From NCBI RefSeq assembly GCF_006345805.1, contig NC_042998.1, positions 116,126,001-116,190,000 on the forward strand: DNA of 64,000 nucleotides, given 5' to 3'. Origin of the DNA: Octopus sinensis (taxonomy: Eukaryota). Positions 1 through 13,460 of the stretch are shown here, in pieces. Numbering within the stretch: the stretch's first letter is position 1; the number at the start of each line of letters is the position of its first letter. A model generated the notes under the pieces. The model saw nothing but the letters and a program-made list of their open reading frames with translations, made no database searches and was not told where the DNA came from. Both the position numbers and the translations under genes were made by a program.

Positions 1-1194
1 GATGTAATATATCTCGACTTTGCAAAAGCCTTTGATAAAGTCGACCATGGTATGATCTGTCACAAACTGCGTGGTCTCGGCATAGGCGGGAAACTTGGAG
101 AGTGGCTGCACAACTTCCTAAAAGACAGAAAACAGGCAGTTGTGAGCAATGGAGCCACCTCCAAGGAAACGCAAATAACAAGCGGTGTCCCACAGGGCAC
201 TGTCTTGGGGTCACTGATGTTCATAGTGGCCCTTTCAGACATGCCTTCAGTTGCTACGATGACCACCCTTGCTAGCTATGCAGATGACACAAAAGTCTCC
301 CACGCAATACAAAACCCTGAAAATATTGCGCATCTGCAACATGAGCTGGACACAATATACAGGTGGGCTGAGGACAACAACATGCAGTTTAATGCAGGTA
401 AGTTCCAGGTCCTGCGCTGCTGGCACACAAAGGTAAATGACGTGAAAACTGGATACACTGGCCCAGGAAGAATTGCAATCCCTGAGTCAAAATCAGTGCG
501 TGACCTGGGCATTGACATGAGCAATGATGCATCTTTCCAAATGCATATTGCTAATCTGGTGATAAAATGCAGACGGCTAGCTGGATGGATTCTCCAAACT
601 TTCAGAACAAGAGAGAAGGAGACACTGATGGTCCTATGGAAAACATTCGTCCTCAGCCGCTTGGACTACTGCTCCCAACTTTGGTCACCACACAATATAA
701 AACAAACAGCAGAACTCGAAGCAATTCAGAGAAGCTACACAAAGAAAATCGTCTCAATGCAAAATGTCAGCTACTGGGAAAGACTGAAGGTATTAAACCT
801 CTTCTCCCTGGAGCGGAGGCGGGAGAGATATGCAGTGATATACATCTGGAAAATCCTGGAGGGTCTTGTCCCAAACTTTGGCATTCAAAGTTACTCCAAC
901 CGCAGAACGGGGCGCCGCTGCGTGGTGCCAAGGATTCCAACATCACCATCAAAATACAGGTCCAGATACTGCAACAGCTTGGGTTTCAGAGGACCACAGC
1001 TCTTTAACATCCTCCCTAAATGCCTGAGAGACTTACATGGTGTGGATGTGGGTTTCTTTAAAACTAAACTGGATCTCTTCTTGTTGGGAGTCCCAGATGA
1101 ACCTACCTCACGACAGGAGACACGGATGCGGGCAGCAGCATCGAACTCCCTTGTTGATCAAGTGCCACGTATCAGAGGTGGATTCACAAACTAG
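1..1194 (+). CDS. Non-LTR retrotransposon ORF2 reverse transcriptase, C-terminal half (CR1/L2 group); 5' partial
   Basis: Frame open from base 1 (DVIYLDFAKAFDKVDHG); RT motifs SGVPQGTVLG, YADDTK, RDLGI, SRLDYCSQLWSP, YWERLKVLNLFSLERRRERY; stop at 1192-1194. Confidence 0.93.
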   Translation, partial: DVIYLDFAKAFDKVDHGMICHKLRGLGIGGKLGEWLHNFLKDRKQAVVSNGATSKETQITSGVPQGTVLGSLMFIVALSDMPSVATMTTLASYADDTKVSHAIQNPENIAHLQHELDTIYRWAEDNNMQFNAGKFQVLRCWHTKVNDVKTGYTGPGRIAIPESKSVRDLGIDMSNDASFQMHIANLVIKCRRLAGWILQTFRTREKETLMVLWKTFVLSRLDYCSQLWSPHNIKQTAELEAIQRSYTKKIVSMQNVSYWERLKVLNLFSLERRRERYAVIYIWKILEGLVPNFGIQSYSNRRTGRRCVVPRIPTSPSKYRSRYCNSLGFRGPQLFNILPKCLRDLHGVDVGFFKTKLDLFLLGVPDEPTSRQETRMRAAASNSLVDQVPRIRGGFTN

Positions 1195-1269
1195 TGTAGC
1201 TCATTCAGCGGTGGTGCCCCAGCATGGCCGCAGCCTTCGGGCTAAAACATTTTTAAGGATTTAAGGATA
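1195..1269 (+). mobile_element. LINE 3' UTR with stem-loop and short terminal repeat (TTTAAGGA)2
   Basis: GGTGCCCCAGCATGGCCGC, then AGCC-TTCG-GGCT hairpin (1232-1243), then tttaaggatttaagga running into (TA)n; an 8-bp terminal repeat is typical of CR1-type tails. Confidence 0.75.
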
Positions 1270-1338
1270 TATATATACATATATATACATATATATATAC
1301 ATATATATATATATACATACATATATACACACACACAT

Positions 1339-1379
<41 letters not shown>

Positions 1380-1531
1380 ATATATATATACATATATATG
1401 TATACACACATATATATGCATAACATATGTGTATATGTGTATACATAATATATATATATATATACATATATATGTATACACACATATATATTCATAATAT
1501 ATATGTATATATGTATACATAATATATATAT
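1270..1531. repeat. Compound (TA)n/(CA)n microsatellite
   Basis: Seen directly. Confidence 0.95.
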
Positions 1532-2495
1532 ATGGGACCACTGCTTTTTATAGTGGCCCTCTCAGATATGCCCTCAAATGCCGGGATAGCCTCTCTGGCC
1601 AGCGATGCAGACGATACGAATGTCTCACAGAAAATACAGAACCCCAGCGATGTTGCACACCTGCAGCAAGAGTTGGACTCAATCAACAGATGGGCTGAGG
1701 ATAATAATATGCAGTTTAATGCTGGAAAATTCCAGACCCTGCGCTACCAGCATCCAAAACTGAATATTAAACTTACAGGATACACTTGTCTACAGGGAAT
1801 TTCCACCCCAGAGCCTAAGTCTGTGAGGGACCTGGGTATCGACATGAGTGATGATACCTCTTTCCAAGTGCACATTACCAGGATGGCGACAAAGTGCAGA
1901 CGACTGGCTGCGTGGATCCTAAGAACATTCAGGACCAGAGATAAGGAAACCATGATGGTCCTCTGGCGGATATTCGTTCTCAGCCGCCTGGATTATTGCT
2001 CACAGTTATGGTCACCCACCAGTGTAAAATTAACAGCGGACCTTGAAGCAATCCAGAGAAGATTCACAAAGAAGTTCGTCTCTTGGCAACAGTTCAGCAA
2101 CTGGGAAAGGTTGAAACAGCTAAGACTCTACTCCCTGGAGATAAGACGGGAGAGGTATGCAGTAATATATGTCTGGAAGATCCTGGAAGGAATTGTGCCA
2201 AATTTTGGCATTGTAAGCTACACCAATGCTAGAACGGGACGACACTGCATAGTGCCAAAGATCCCAGGAATGCCATCACGCTTCAGGACTAGCCACTGTA
2301 ACAGCCTGGGTTTCAAGGGCCCAAAGCTTTTTAATATTCTCTAAAAAGAGTCTGAGGAACTTGCACAAAGTAGATGTAGCGGTTTTCAAATCAAAGCTGG
2401 ACATCTTCCTGTCAAGAGTCCCAGATGAAACTACCTCACGGCAAGAGGTGCAAATGTGAGTAGCTATATCAAACTCCATTCTTCACCAAGTGCCA
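1532..2495 (+). pseudogene. Second, diverged CR1/L2-group RT fragment, truncated at both ends
   Basis: [13 protein letters not shown]...SDADDT (YADD degenerate)...RDLGI...SRLDYCSQLWSP is colinear with 1-1194; frameshift near 2340, homology continues to ~2495; (TA)n on both sides. Confidence 0.9.
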
Positions 2496-2830
2496 CATAT
2501 ATATGTATACACACATATATATTCATAATATATACGTATATATGTATACATAATATATATATATATATATATATAAATTTATATATATATGTATATATAT
2601 ATATATACATATATTATATAAGTATGCATGTACATAGGTGAGATAATATTTTCACTATTAATTATGCAACTATTGACAAGTAATACTGAAATAGAGTACG
2701 AAATATGGGATTACTCATGGACCCTAAGTAAGACATGTGTAAAATGTCTCGAGTTTAAACGATGCACACTTACAGACACAGAGACAGACATTCTGAGTTT
2801 ATATATATATATATACATATATATATATTT

Positions 2831-3109
2831 TACGTGACCGACCAGACCATCAGATGTTGTTACATATCGCTGGTCACAATGCGTTCGCATTGTTTTAGCC
2901 TTCAAATGATGCCACCCCGCCGGCTAAGCGAGCAGGCCAACAGAAGAAAGAGTGGGAGAAACAGTGGTGAAAGAGTACAGCAGGGATCACCATCGTGGAG
3001 CTTTTAGGTGTTTTCGCTCAATAAACATTCACAACGCCCGGTCTGGGAATCGAAACCGCGATCCTACGACCGCGAGTCCGCTGCCCTAACCACTGGGCCA
3101 TTGCGCTTC

Positions 3110-3110
<1 letters not shown>
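2831..3110 (-). mobile_element. tRNA-derived SINE (family C)
   Basis: Minus strand begins ggaagcgcaaTGGCCCAGTGGttagggcagcggactcgcggtcgtaggatcgcgGTTTCGATTCCcagaccgggc (A and B boxes), followed by a non-tRNA body; lies within (TA)n. Confidence 0.8.
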
Positions 3111-3320
<210 letters not shown>

Positions 3321-3780
3321 AATTGACATAGACATAGACATAGACAGTGAGATAGTTTGATTGATAATGTACTATTCCGTGATAGAAAATTCAACAAAAT
3401 TGTATTCCATCTGGCGAGAGATATATATCGTTTATTTAAAGGACACAATACAGGCTTTTAAGTTATGCTAATTGTTTCATATGTTGAGAAATATCTCGAA
3501 CATATTCATCAGGTACAAGCCACATATTATGTCGAACGAAAACTTTAGAATAAGAGAAGAAACGCGTAAAAAGTGAGAAGGCAAGAAATAGAACATGTGG
3601 AAGGGTAAGAACGGAAAATCAAACGCTTAATCTGAAAACACAAATACAAAAATATAAAAATTAAAATGCTAAAGATGTTAAAGAGTGATCCTCCTTAGAA
3701 CTTAAATTGTAGGGCAAGAAAGGTATTAGGAATAGGCGGAATTTTCCAATTCTTCATGACATTTTCTTTTCCACTTCAAG

Positions 3781-3980
3781 CACAAGACCCGAAATTATAG
3801 AGGAGGGGGGTTAGTCGATAAGATCCACCCCAGTACGCAACAAGTACTTAATTTATCGACCCCGAAAGGATGGAAGGTATAGTCGACCTCGGCGGAATTT
3901 GAACTCAGAACATAAAGACAGACGAAATAACACTAAGCATATCGCCCGGCATCCTAACGTTTATGCCAGCTCCACGCCTT
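3781..3980 (-). mobile_element. tRNA-derived SINE, family A
   Basis: Reverse complement matches the family A consensus seen elsewhere (gagctggca...gagttcaaattccgccgaggtcgac...tcctttcggggtcgataaattaagtac). Confidence 0.85.
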
Positions 3981-4120
3981 TTCTTTTCATATATATACCA
4001 TATATCTGTATATTTACATATATATATATATGCATATATTCATATGTATATGTATATATACAATATATCTGTATATTTACATATATATATGCATATATTC
4101 AAATGTATATATATATATAT

Positions 4121-4152
<32 letters not shown>

Positions 4153-5921
4153 GGGGGGTAAGTCTGTCTATGTGCGTATGTGTGTGTATTTGAATGCTTG
4201 TTTGTGCAACGGACTTTTATATAAGAGCTTTGCATTTGTAGTATAATGACACCACATTTCTGATAAACTTTAAATATGTAGAAAACAGTATCATGCAAGT
4301 AAATATCTTCTTACAATCAAGCTCATTATCTTCCAGAAAGCAATAGAAATGTTAACCAAGATACAACATAAATCCCATTTTCATAATCGTTTCACACATT
4401 GGATTGAAACTTCTAGCATCTAAGAGGTTATTTTTGATGTTGTTGAGGTTTATAAAGATCTTTAACGCCAGGTCACTTTCTGTTGTACGAAAGTGAATGA
4501 AGGAAGCATATGAAAGATGGATTTTGAATAAACAAATCTAGAGAAAAGTACATAAAATTACACTGTTTTAATGAGCCCCTTGTCATAGATGAAAACCATT
4601 GCTAGCATGTACACGTAGTTGTGCTATATTCAGAATAATGTAGACTATTCTTTCTATCTCTAAACTGAATTCTCTCCCTGTTCACTGGCTTATATAACGC
4701 ATAGTTATTGTATATCATTCATTATAATTATCATTTAAATTACAATTTTTTCGGATCAAGATCATACGACTAAGTTTGAACTATGGGTGTTATTAATTGA
4801 AATGACGGTAGATGGCAGATAATAGTAGATAGACGGATAATAAATATCAGCAGTGTTTAGTTAAGCACCTCCAAGTTTTGTGCTCAATCTACCCTTTGAC
4901 CTGTTTCACCCTTCCAGAAACAATAAAGTAAGAGCCATGGGCCAGGCAAGTCTTCAGGTCGACTGAATCGTCTACACCCATTCCATAGAATGTATAACCT
5001 TGTGACACTTGTGATTATGTTGGAAATCAATATTATTATGCATTTCAACTTTTGTATCCTGTGTCCGACGTTCGTACAAGAGTAAATTGTTAAAAATCAA
5101 TTTTCGTTATTGCTATACTCCAACATCTTCTAACTGTGTTTGTGCGCGTGTTTGTGTGTATGTGTGTGTGCATGAGAGAGAGACAGTGAGAAAGAGAGTG
5201 AGAGAGAGAAGAGAGAGAAAATGAGAGGGAGAGAGAGGGAGAAAGAAATAGAAACAGAAAGGTGAAAAATATAGGAGTGAGAGAGAAAGCGATCACGTGT
5301 ATGGCTGTGCATGCAATGTTATTGATCAATGGGGCTGATATGCTAATTGAGGAATATATTTTTTTTTATTTTAGACTAGTTATGTTTTTCTCTTACACAC
5401 TGAATTTTTTTTAAATATGAGCTTTCTTTTCCATAGAACAATTCTTTGCTATTCCTGATATGGTGTATCTTACTAGCGTGCTTATGTTTGGTAAATTTTC
5501 TTTATTTCATTACTCCTGAAGACCATAGGAGAAGTATTGCCACATTTTAATATTAATATCTGTAAAACCTCCATTTCTCAGTACGTTTCTTGTTTCGTAG
5601 ATTCATATGTTACCATGAATTTTCTACGTAAAACGGGTAGATGATTTTAAACACCATACGGGCTTCCATAGTCACGTTCTTCAATATTTATTCTTCATCA
5701 TTCTCTGCAATATGCTCAAGGTTATGGTACTGCCATTTGTTTATATATACTTATGAAGCCCAAGAAAGTTTCAGAAGCACGCGCATTATTTTTCTGGCTT
5801 TGATCAGTTGTTATAGTTACTATTGCATAGCATAAAACAATCTCTGACTTAACAGATTTCTGGTTTGAGGATTTGCAAATCTCTCTGTACAGGCTCTTTT
5901 TAAGAACGTTGATTTTGTTTC

Positions 5922-6140
<219 letters not shown>

Positions 6141-6429
6141 GAATATAATTAATAATATCAGGGTAATAAACATTTTAGAAATTTTTTCTAGCGTATAAAA
6201 AAATTCATCAATAGATTATATATTATTCATATAAAATACAGTGTACATCTAAACACATTAAGAGGTTTAAATGATTCCTGTGATGGAAACCTCCTTATGT
6301 GTTTAAATGTATCTTTTATATATATATATATATATTTATTTATTTATTTATTTATTATATGTGAAAATGCGAGTATGTAAAGTAATACTCTTAAGATTAT
6401 AAACCTGGAAAAGTACAGGACAAGTTATT

Positions 6430-6890
6430 ACAGCGTCAAATTGGTGGCACAACGTGAGGCAAACCAGTGCCACCGCACAATGAAGATTGACTCGGTGAAA
6501 CAGACGAGTGAGGACAAATGTCCTCCATAGGAGTAGCAAGGTAACCTTATTTCTAGTTGTGAATCATCTAAGTATCCATCTACCTACTCGCCTGCAGAGT
6601 GTTGCCATCATGGCAAAACGCACATGGAATGTTGCATGATAATTCATGTGGATTCCCAGGACATGCACTAATTCTAATTCTGAAATTACACTGCCCCCTG
6701 GTCCTATGTATTCCAACTGTAGTCTGTGGGCCGAAAAAAATATTGCTTGAAGCTTATCAGCATTGAACTGCATTTTATTTTCATCAGCTCATTTATATAT
6801 AGCAGGTAGGTAATTTTGCAGTGTCCTTGACCGCCTAAACTACTTATGTATCATAAGCGTAGCTGGTGTGAGCGGCTGACTGTACGACTG
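6430..6890 (-). pseudogene. Third, strongly degraded CR1/L2-group RT fragment
   Basis: Minus-strand peptides SYAYDT, MQFNADKLQ, LGIHMNYHATFHV, LCRRVGRWILR and LWRTFVLTRL align to the RT at 1-1194. Confidence 0.75.
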
Positions 6891-7254
6891 GCGGCAGTCA
6901 TACAGTCAGCCACTCTCATAGAAAGTTATAAGTTTCTCCTACATCGATGTTCGATAAGCTGAAAAAGTTATTTTGTGGTTTACGATTAGCAACTAGGGTT
7001 ACTATGTATGGGAATAAAACCCCAAATTGTAGGAGTGGAGCAGATAAATTCCAGGCTACATATGCTTGATCAAATCAGCTGCCAGTTAAAGTGTGAACCC
7101 CTAATGACAATGTAACCTTCATCTAGCTAAGGTATCTTCGGCCTGATGAGTAGCTAATGGAGTAACTCTCCTTGAGTGATAATTACTTTCGAGTTTCTGA
7201 TAAGTAGGAATCATATGTAGCCTGGATTTTACCTGCTCTATTCCCCCAATTTGA

Positions 7255-7315
<61 letters not shown>

Positions 7316-8640
7316 TGTGTGTGTTTGAGCGCACGCGTCTATAATACATGTGTATAGGAGTATTTAGCTCTTATGTTAACTTGGTTGTATAACTGCATTG
7401 AGTTTTTCGCCTTGGCACCACTTTAACAATATTTTCTCTAGACTTGGTTATCTCTTTGCATTTGGTCTATTATGAAACGCCTACAAACAAAAAATTTAAC
7501 ATTTAAATAGATTGAATTGGATATTCTCTGCTAATGAAGACGTTTTGAGCAATATTTTTATTTGCAGAGTCTGCAGTTTATTTGCAGTGTCGTGATGGTT
7601 GTGAGACTGTCACTCTAACTTCTGACGGTCGTTCTAAAAGTATGAGAGTGATGGTATGAATATTGTTCTTGAATCACGACAAGTAAAAATATGCGTGCTA
7701 GTACAAAGGAAAAGAAAGGATGTGTGCACGCTCGCATTTTTTGAAGAAGAATTTAGCCTGAATGTTGTTGTACAACCTAGATGGGCAGATATGGTAAGTT
7801 TAGTTGATCATATATGCCTGTGTGAAAGTGGCATGAAAGGAAATAGATCCCATGATCAGAGGCCTTTATCAGTCCGACAAGGTCATTGCACCTTGTAAAA
7901 GAAAGAATCAGGACACAGTGTGTCTGTGATCGAGATGCTAGAGCATATCTGTGAGAGTTTATTTCTTATATGTAATCAGCTGACGTTGCTCTGTAATGAT
8001 TAGAGTTATTATACGTCCACAAATTATGGAATTATCGATTTTGTGGTTTTTCATTTTCTTGATTAGTTGCGTTTCGTTATAATTAGATAGCTATAGTATT
8101 CATTAGTGCACAGAGAGTTCATATGCTTTGTTCGTCGTTTGCTTTTATCCTTTTAGTTATTTTTCAGATGATATATTTTCAATTTCTGTTTTAATCTATC
8201 TACTTTCTTACTAGAATATTCTTGAATATTCTGCATAATTCTTCCCTATAAGTTCTTTATATTTTCATGAAGCATAGCAATTTGTAAAAATTGATTGTGT
8301 TTCTACTTGAATCGACTTATCAACCGGTCTTCTCCTACAATTAGTTATATTAGCTGATCCTAATTTCCGGTATTTTCAGTTTTATGATTCTTAGTCACTT
8401 TGTAGCTTTCTTAATGTTAATTGGTTATATCGATTTTATAATTGTTGATAATATTGATTTCTACTATTGACACAGGGACAGGCATTTTTGAAGAGATATA
8501 GTCGATTAACTCAACACCGTTATAATATTTGTATTTATTTTATCGAATCCGGAAGATTGAAAACAATGCTGACCTTGGCAGCAGTTACAACTTAAAACGT
8601 AAAAGTGCATACCTAATTTTAAAAAAAAATCGTTTTATTC

Positions 8641-8753
<113 letters not shown>

Positions 8754-9643
8754 TTGTTCTTGGAAACCTTTCAACTTATTCTTCAAACCATCATTCTACG
8801 TTGTTCAAATAATATCGATGATGTACATTTTCTGTTGTAGCAAGTGTATTTGAGTAACTTTCTGTTGCACTAAAGATGTTCATTATAATTGCAATGAACT
8901 ATTTGTTTATCCTTTTCTCCTTCTATAAATAAGCAATCTATCTTATACAGAGTATATATGTATAACATAATTCGAAGTGTCTAAGTATAATGCAATTCAC
9001 CATTTAGATAGCGTATAGCTTCGCAAACATCTGTCATAACCAATTTCTGAGTGTTCATTATTAATTTTTCAATTTCAAAATATTTCTTCAATTTCTCTAT
9101 CTATAGTATATATTTTTTGTAAGTAATACGTCATGTTCTAATATAAAGATATATGCATGTATGTAATATACGTGCGGGTGGGGGCGTATGTGTTAAGATC
9201 GTTGTGTATTATTCTTAGAGAACTGCGTTCATTACATTGCAGGTATCGTTAATTGCGTTATTCAGGATATCATGTATGGAAGATAATAGACTCGGAGACT
9301 GAAATGCCGTTTATTTTTCTTAGTATTATATCTCCATGCATTTGATCGAACAATCGTAAACATTGCCAGCCTGACATTCAATTTATGATTTCTCCAGTTT
9401 CTCTAGCTATATTCTGTATTACGTTCACCATGGGAAATAAATGAATTCTATACAAAAAATCTTAAAATATGACGGCTTTCAATACCTGTCCATTTTTGCT
9501 TTGCTGGTATAGCTTTTCTGATACATTTTTCTAGACGTTGCGTTCTTTGATCATACATCTCTACCAGCACTTACATTTGCAATCTGTTAGCAATCATTGG
9601 TGTAATACTAACAACATCAACAACAAAACAAGAAAAAATAATT

Positions 9644-10190
9644 AAATGTCCTGATGCAATATCAGGCAGAGGTTCTCATAGCCTCTGATCTTAATACATT
9701 GGAAGTATTAACGTGTATATGTTTTGTCTTGGTGTAAAACGATGGGCTACAACAAATATGCTGCTCAATACCACAGATTTTCTTGTCAGTTGCTTGGCCT
9801 CAAATAGTTGAGCATGTCCTTTAGTGGATAACTACATGTGTATTTCTGATTATGAGCAGTAGTAGTATGGGAGCATCATAAACAAGTGTTGAGAGGGACT
9901 CCATGGGATTTGAATAATTAACTCCAAGAAAAATTGGTATTTAGTTCATTTATACCTTAAGGGAATCTCTATAGAAGGACCTTTTCAGCGGGTTGCGCGA
10001 CTCGACCTCAAGAAAATTCTAATTGGACCCACCTGCTAGGTCATGCGTAATTTATCTTCATATATGGGGTCACCATGTCGCACAAAAAATGTTTGCGATG
10101 TATGTTCCTGGTGTACCCATATCAGGCGGGTATATTGGGTTTCGTGTAATTGTAACCAAGTGTCACTTTTATGGCGTGCTGCTCTCACTA
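9644..10190. mobile_element. Unclassified ~500-bp interspersed repeat (family X), copy 1
   Basis: Reverse-complement homology to 33335-33852 and 37965-38420 (e.g. gctgctcaataccacagat..tgtcagttgctt vs aagcaactgacaagcaaat..gtattgagcag); no ORF. Confidence 0.7.
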
Positions 10191-10192
10191 AA

Positions 10193-10238
<46 letters not shown>

Positions 10239-10405
10239 GTTGCTGCTGCAGCTGCTACTACTACTACTACTGGTGTTACTACTATTACAACTAATAATAA
10301 TAATAACAATAATAGTAATAATAATGGTAATGATGATGATGATGGTGGTGATGATGATGAGGAGGTGGAAGAAGAGGAGGACGACGTTTATGATGATGCT
10401 CATGA
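10191..10405. repeat. Compound trinucleotide repeats (ACT/AAT/GAT)
   Basis: Seen directly. Confidence 0.9.
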
Positions 10406-11074
10406 CGAAAATGTTTTTTCTCTAAAACTAGTTATAAAACAAATATATATAATATTTGCTGATATGCATTTCAGTAAAATAGGTTTGAGATAGAATAAAA
10501 TCATTCAACTCATTCTGTCACTAATCATGCGAAGTAATAATAGTAATAATGATCATGATGATGCTGATGATGAGAATGTTGATGATGGTACGTATTGAAT
10601 AAATAACAAAGAATTCTGCAAATACAGACAAAAACGGAATCCTATAAAATGAACTCCATCTCCATTCCAAAGGATTCCAATTCTGTCTGATGCTCTTATT
10701 TTAAATCAAAATGGTAAGCAGAATAGCAAAATCAGCCATCTATTGTGTACGAAAATCCTTTAGTTTTACACTGCTGATATTCAACAGCTAGAATTACTGC
10801 CGCAGACAATATACGAATTTTCTTGAGAAATTCAGATTTTAAAAATGCATCAAATCAATATCGAGATTTTTGTAAATTAATTTAAACCACTAATATGTAA
10901 TTTATAAGAAGCAGGGAGAAACGTCTTTGAAAACACAGAGCCTTACACATACATAGATCAATTACATGACAGCAGGTACCATACACACAAAAGAAAGAAA
11001 GACTAGGAAAATATTTCTAACATATTAGCTTTAAACAAAGCGAACCACAAGAAGAAAAAAAAGATAATAGTAAT

Positions 11075-12056
11075 TAGTACATTAGCTGTCTCAGTAATTC
11101 GTGGTTGTTGTAATATTCTCTGATGGGTTGCAAGTAAATGCTTCTGCACGTGCCTAGCTATAGATATACTGATTTCTTATTAATTTTTGCTCCAATCAGA
11201 GCCGCGTTTTCACATCTGGAGGTGGTTTGTGTTCCCACCAGTTTTTATTATGGGGGCAAGTCCAGGCTTTTGCAAATTACCGAGTGAAAATATTGTGCAG
11301 CTCTGTCATGCCTCTTGAGATACTCTGTTGGCGCAAGAAGACTGCACTAGGAGACAACAAGGTCAATGGTTTCATTTTGTTGTTGACATACACGACATGC
11401 TGGGCTACTACCGTTCTTTAATATGTTGGCCTGGTAATTCCTTGTAGGTAGGTATTGATCTTCAGCTGGTATGATAAACCCTTCTGTTTCAGATTTTAAG
11501 CCAGAGGCCATTAGCCATTAAGAGTCAGGGCTTTGTCAACATCGTCATTATTCACACTCTTTGGGTATTTGCCGTTGAGAGGTTTTTCTTGCCATTTATC
11601 AGTCAAAATATCTAAGGCAGCAGTTTTAGCACGGGATTTCATGCGCTTAGCTTTTTCTGTGCTTTTCTCGTATGTCTAATTCCGAAATTTGTTGTATTTG
11701 GAATTCACTCAGATATTCCTTTGCCTGTTTTGTTACTGTGTATGATGCTTTCTTATTTTCATGTTTTGAGACAAGTTTTAACATCCAGTCCTCATTGTTT
11801 TCAGGTGGGTGTCTAGGCCAATCGTGGCAATCTTCATTGTTAATGCCAGTTGTAAAAGTCCACGGCCTCCCTCTTTTCTTGGCAGATAAAGTCGTTCTAT
11901 ATCTGCCTTAGGGTGGTGCATTCTATGGATTGTCAACTGTTTTCGTATTTTTCAGTCACGATTACATATTTCAGTAATTGATTAGTTAACGATGTTCAAT
12001 CTATAAGTCACGACTGGTATGGCTAAGACATTGATCGCTTCGATCCTGTTTCTTGC
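11075..12056 (-). pseudogene. Dong/R4-type (RLE) non-LTR retrotransposon remnant, 5' truncated
   Basis: Minus strand reads NARNRIEAINVLAIPVVTY...IHRMHHPKADIERLYLPRKEGGRG; 5' end abuts (TAA)n. Confidence 0.75.
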
Positions 12057-12066
12057 ATTATTATTA

Positions 12067-12125
<59 letters not shown>

Positions 12126-12126
12126 G
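12057..12126. repeat. (TAA)n microsatellite between two Dong/R4-type elements
   Basis: Seen directly. Confidence 0.95.
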
Positions 12127-12500
12127 ATTGAAGATAGCCTACCTATCGGGGGTTTGTACTGCTTGTGAAGCCACAACAAGGACCTCAGACAGACAGTACG
12201 TTACACAATATGCGTGCAGTTCCAAATAATACCGACCTTTGCAATGCATCTAGAATATAGAGTAATTCTAAGGTTTTAAGACTTTTTTTCAGACCGGGTG
12301 GTACCGAATCCAATGCTCCAATGACAACTGGGATAACCTTTATATCTGACTCTCCTAGCTGCCACATCTTAACGATCTCAATTCTCAGGTCTCCATATTT
12401 ATCAACATTTTCTCTTTCTTACATAATGATATGTTGATCTCCTGGCATTACCACGTCAATTATTAGGCACTCTTGTTTGTCCTTCCTAAAGCTTACTGTA
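12127..12500 (-). pseudogene. 3' end of a Dong/R4-type LINE (restriction-like endonuclease C-terminus and 3' UTR)
   Basis: Minus strand: CLIIDVVMPGD...KYGDLRIEI..MWQL...VIPVVIGAL...LQRSVLFGTARILCNVLSV*, short UTR, then (TAA)n. Confidence 0.8.
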
Positions 12501-13094
12501 TCCGGGTTCGGTGCTCTAACACCTTATCATCATGATCATGATCATGACCATCATCATCATCATCATCATCACCATTATTATTTTTATTATTATTATAATG
12601 TGAAAAAATATTTCATTCTTATCTACTTAGCAGGGATGGCTCAGTTCCTGCGCTCACGAAGCTTCATCAACGAAAAGGACGTGAAACTTTGGTGATGTAG
12701 TTCTTCCGTCTCGAAATACAAGAAATAATCTCAGCATAAGATCAATGAAATGTGGCTTCAGACGGAGCAAAACGTCGGCCACTGCTTTTGCTATAACTTG
12801 ACGAATAAAGCAATTAAATTATACAAATATTGCAAAATTTTTGACTCAATACCGTACTGTAATACAGCTTTGCAAAACCAATGATCTTATAATTGTTGTT
12901 TCTTTCTACAATCTGATCTTGCAACCTTGATTCAAGGGCAACATCAGGCTATTGTTGCTGTGGTAATTACAGTTATGGTTAATTTCTTAGTCATTTCGCG
13001 AACAATCATAACTGTCATATCACAAAATATTAGAGAATTTAATAAGATTGCGCTTAAGTAGGATTAACATTTTTCTTTGCCTACAGATATAGCT

Positions 13095-13460
13095 TTAAAG
13101 CATATACGATTGATAGGGTTAAAAGACCTAAACGTTCTGGTATATTAAATAAAATATTAGAAGCGAGAGGTGTCAGCCAAATCACATGCTAATACTTATA
13201 AATTATTTTGACGATATTTGAATAAATTTGTATTAAGTTTACGCTTGCATCTCTCTCACTTGTTTGGTCGAATTAACGCTATATTTATATTTGCTTTGCA
13301 TTATCTAATGTTGATATGATTAGTAATTTGCACCAGGCACAAGGAAACCTCAGTGTTACAAAGGTGACGAATCATGAACACATGACTAAATAACAATTTT
13401 GACATATGTGTGTGTGTGTTTAGGTGTGTTTATTTGCGTGTGCCTATACACGAACACACA
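13095..13460 (+). repeat. Local direct repeat, copy 1 (~350 bp)
   Basis: Colinear with 15629-15970, including the exact block cacatgctaatacttataaattattttgacgatatttgaataaatttgtattaa. Confidence 0.9.
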
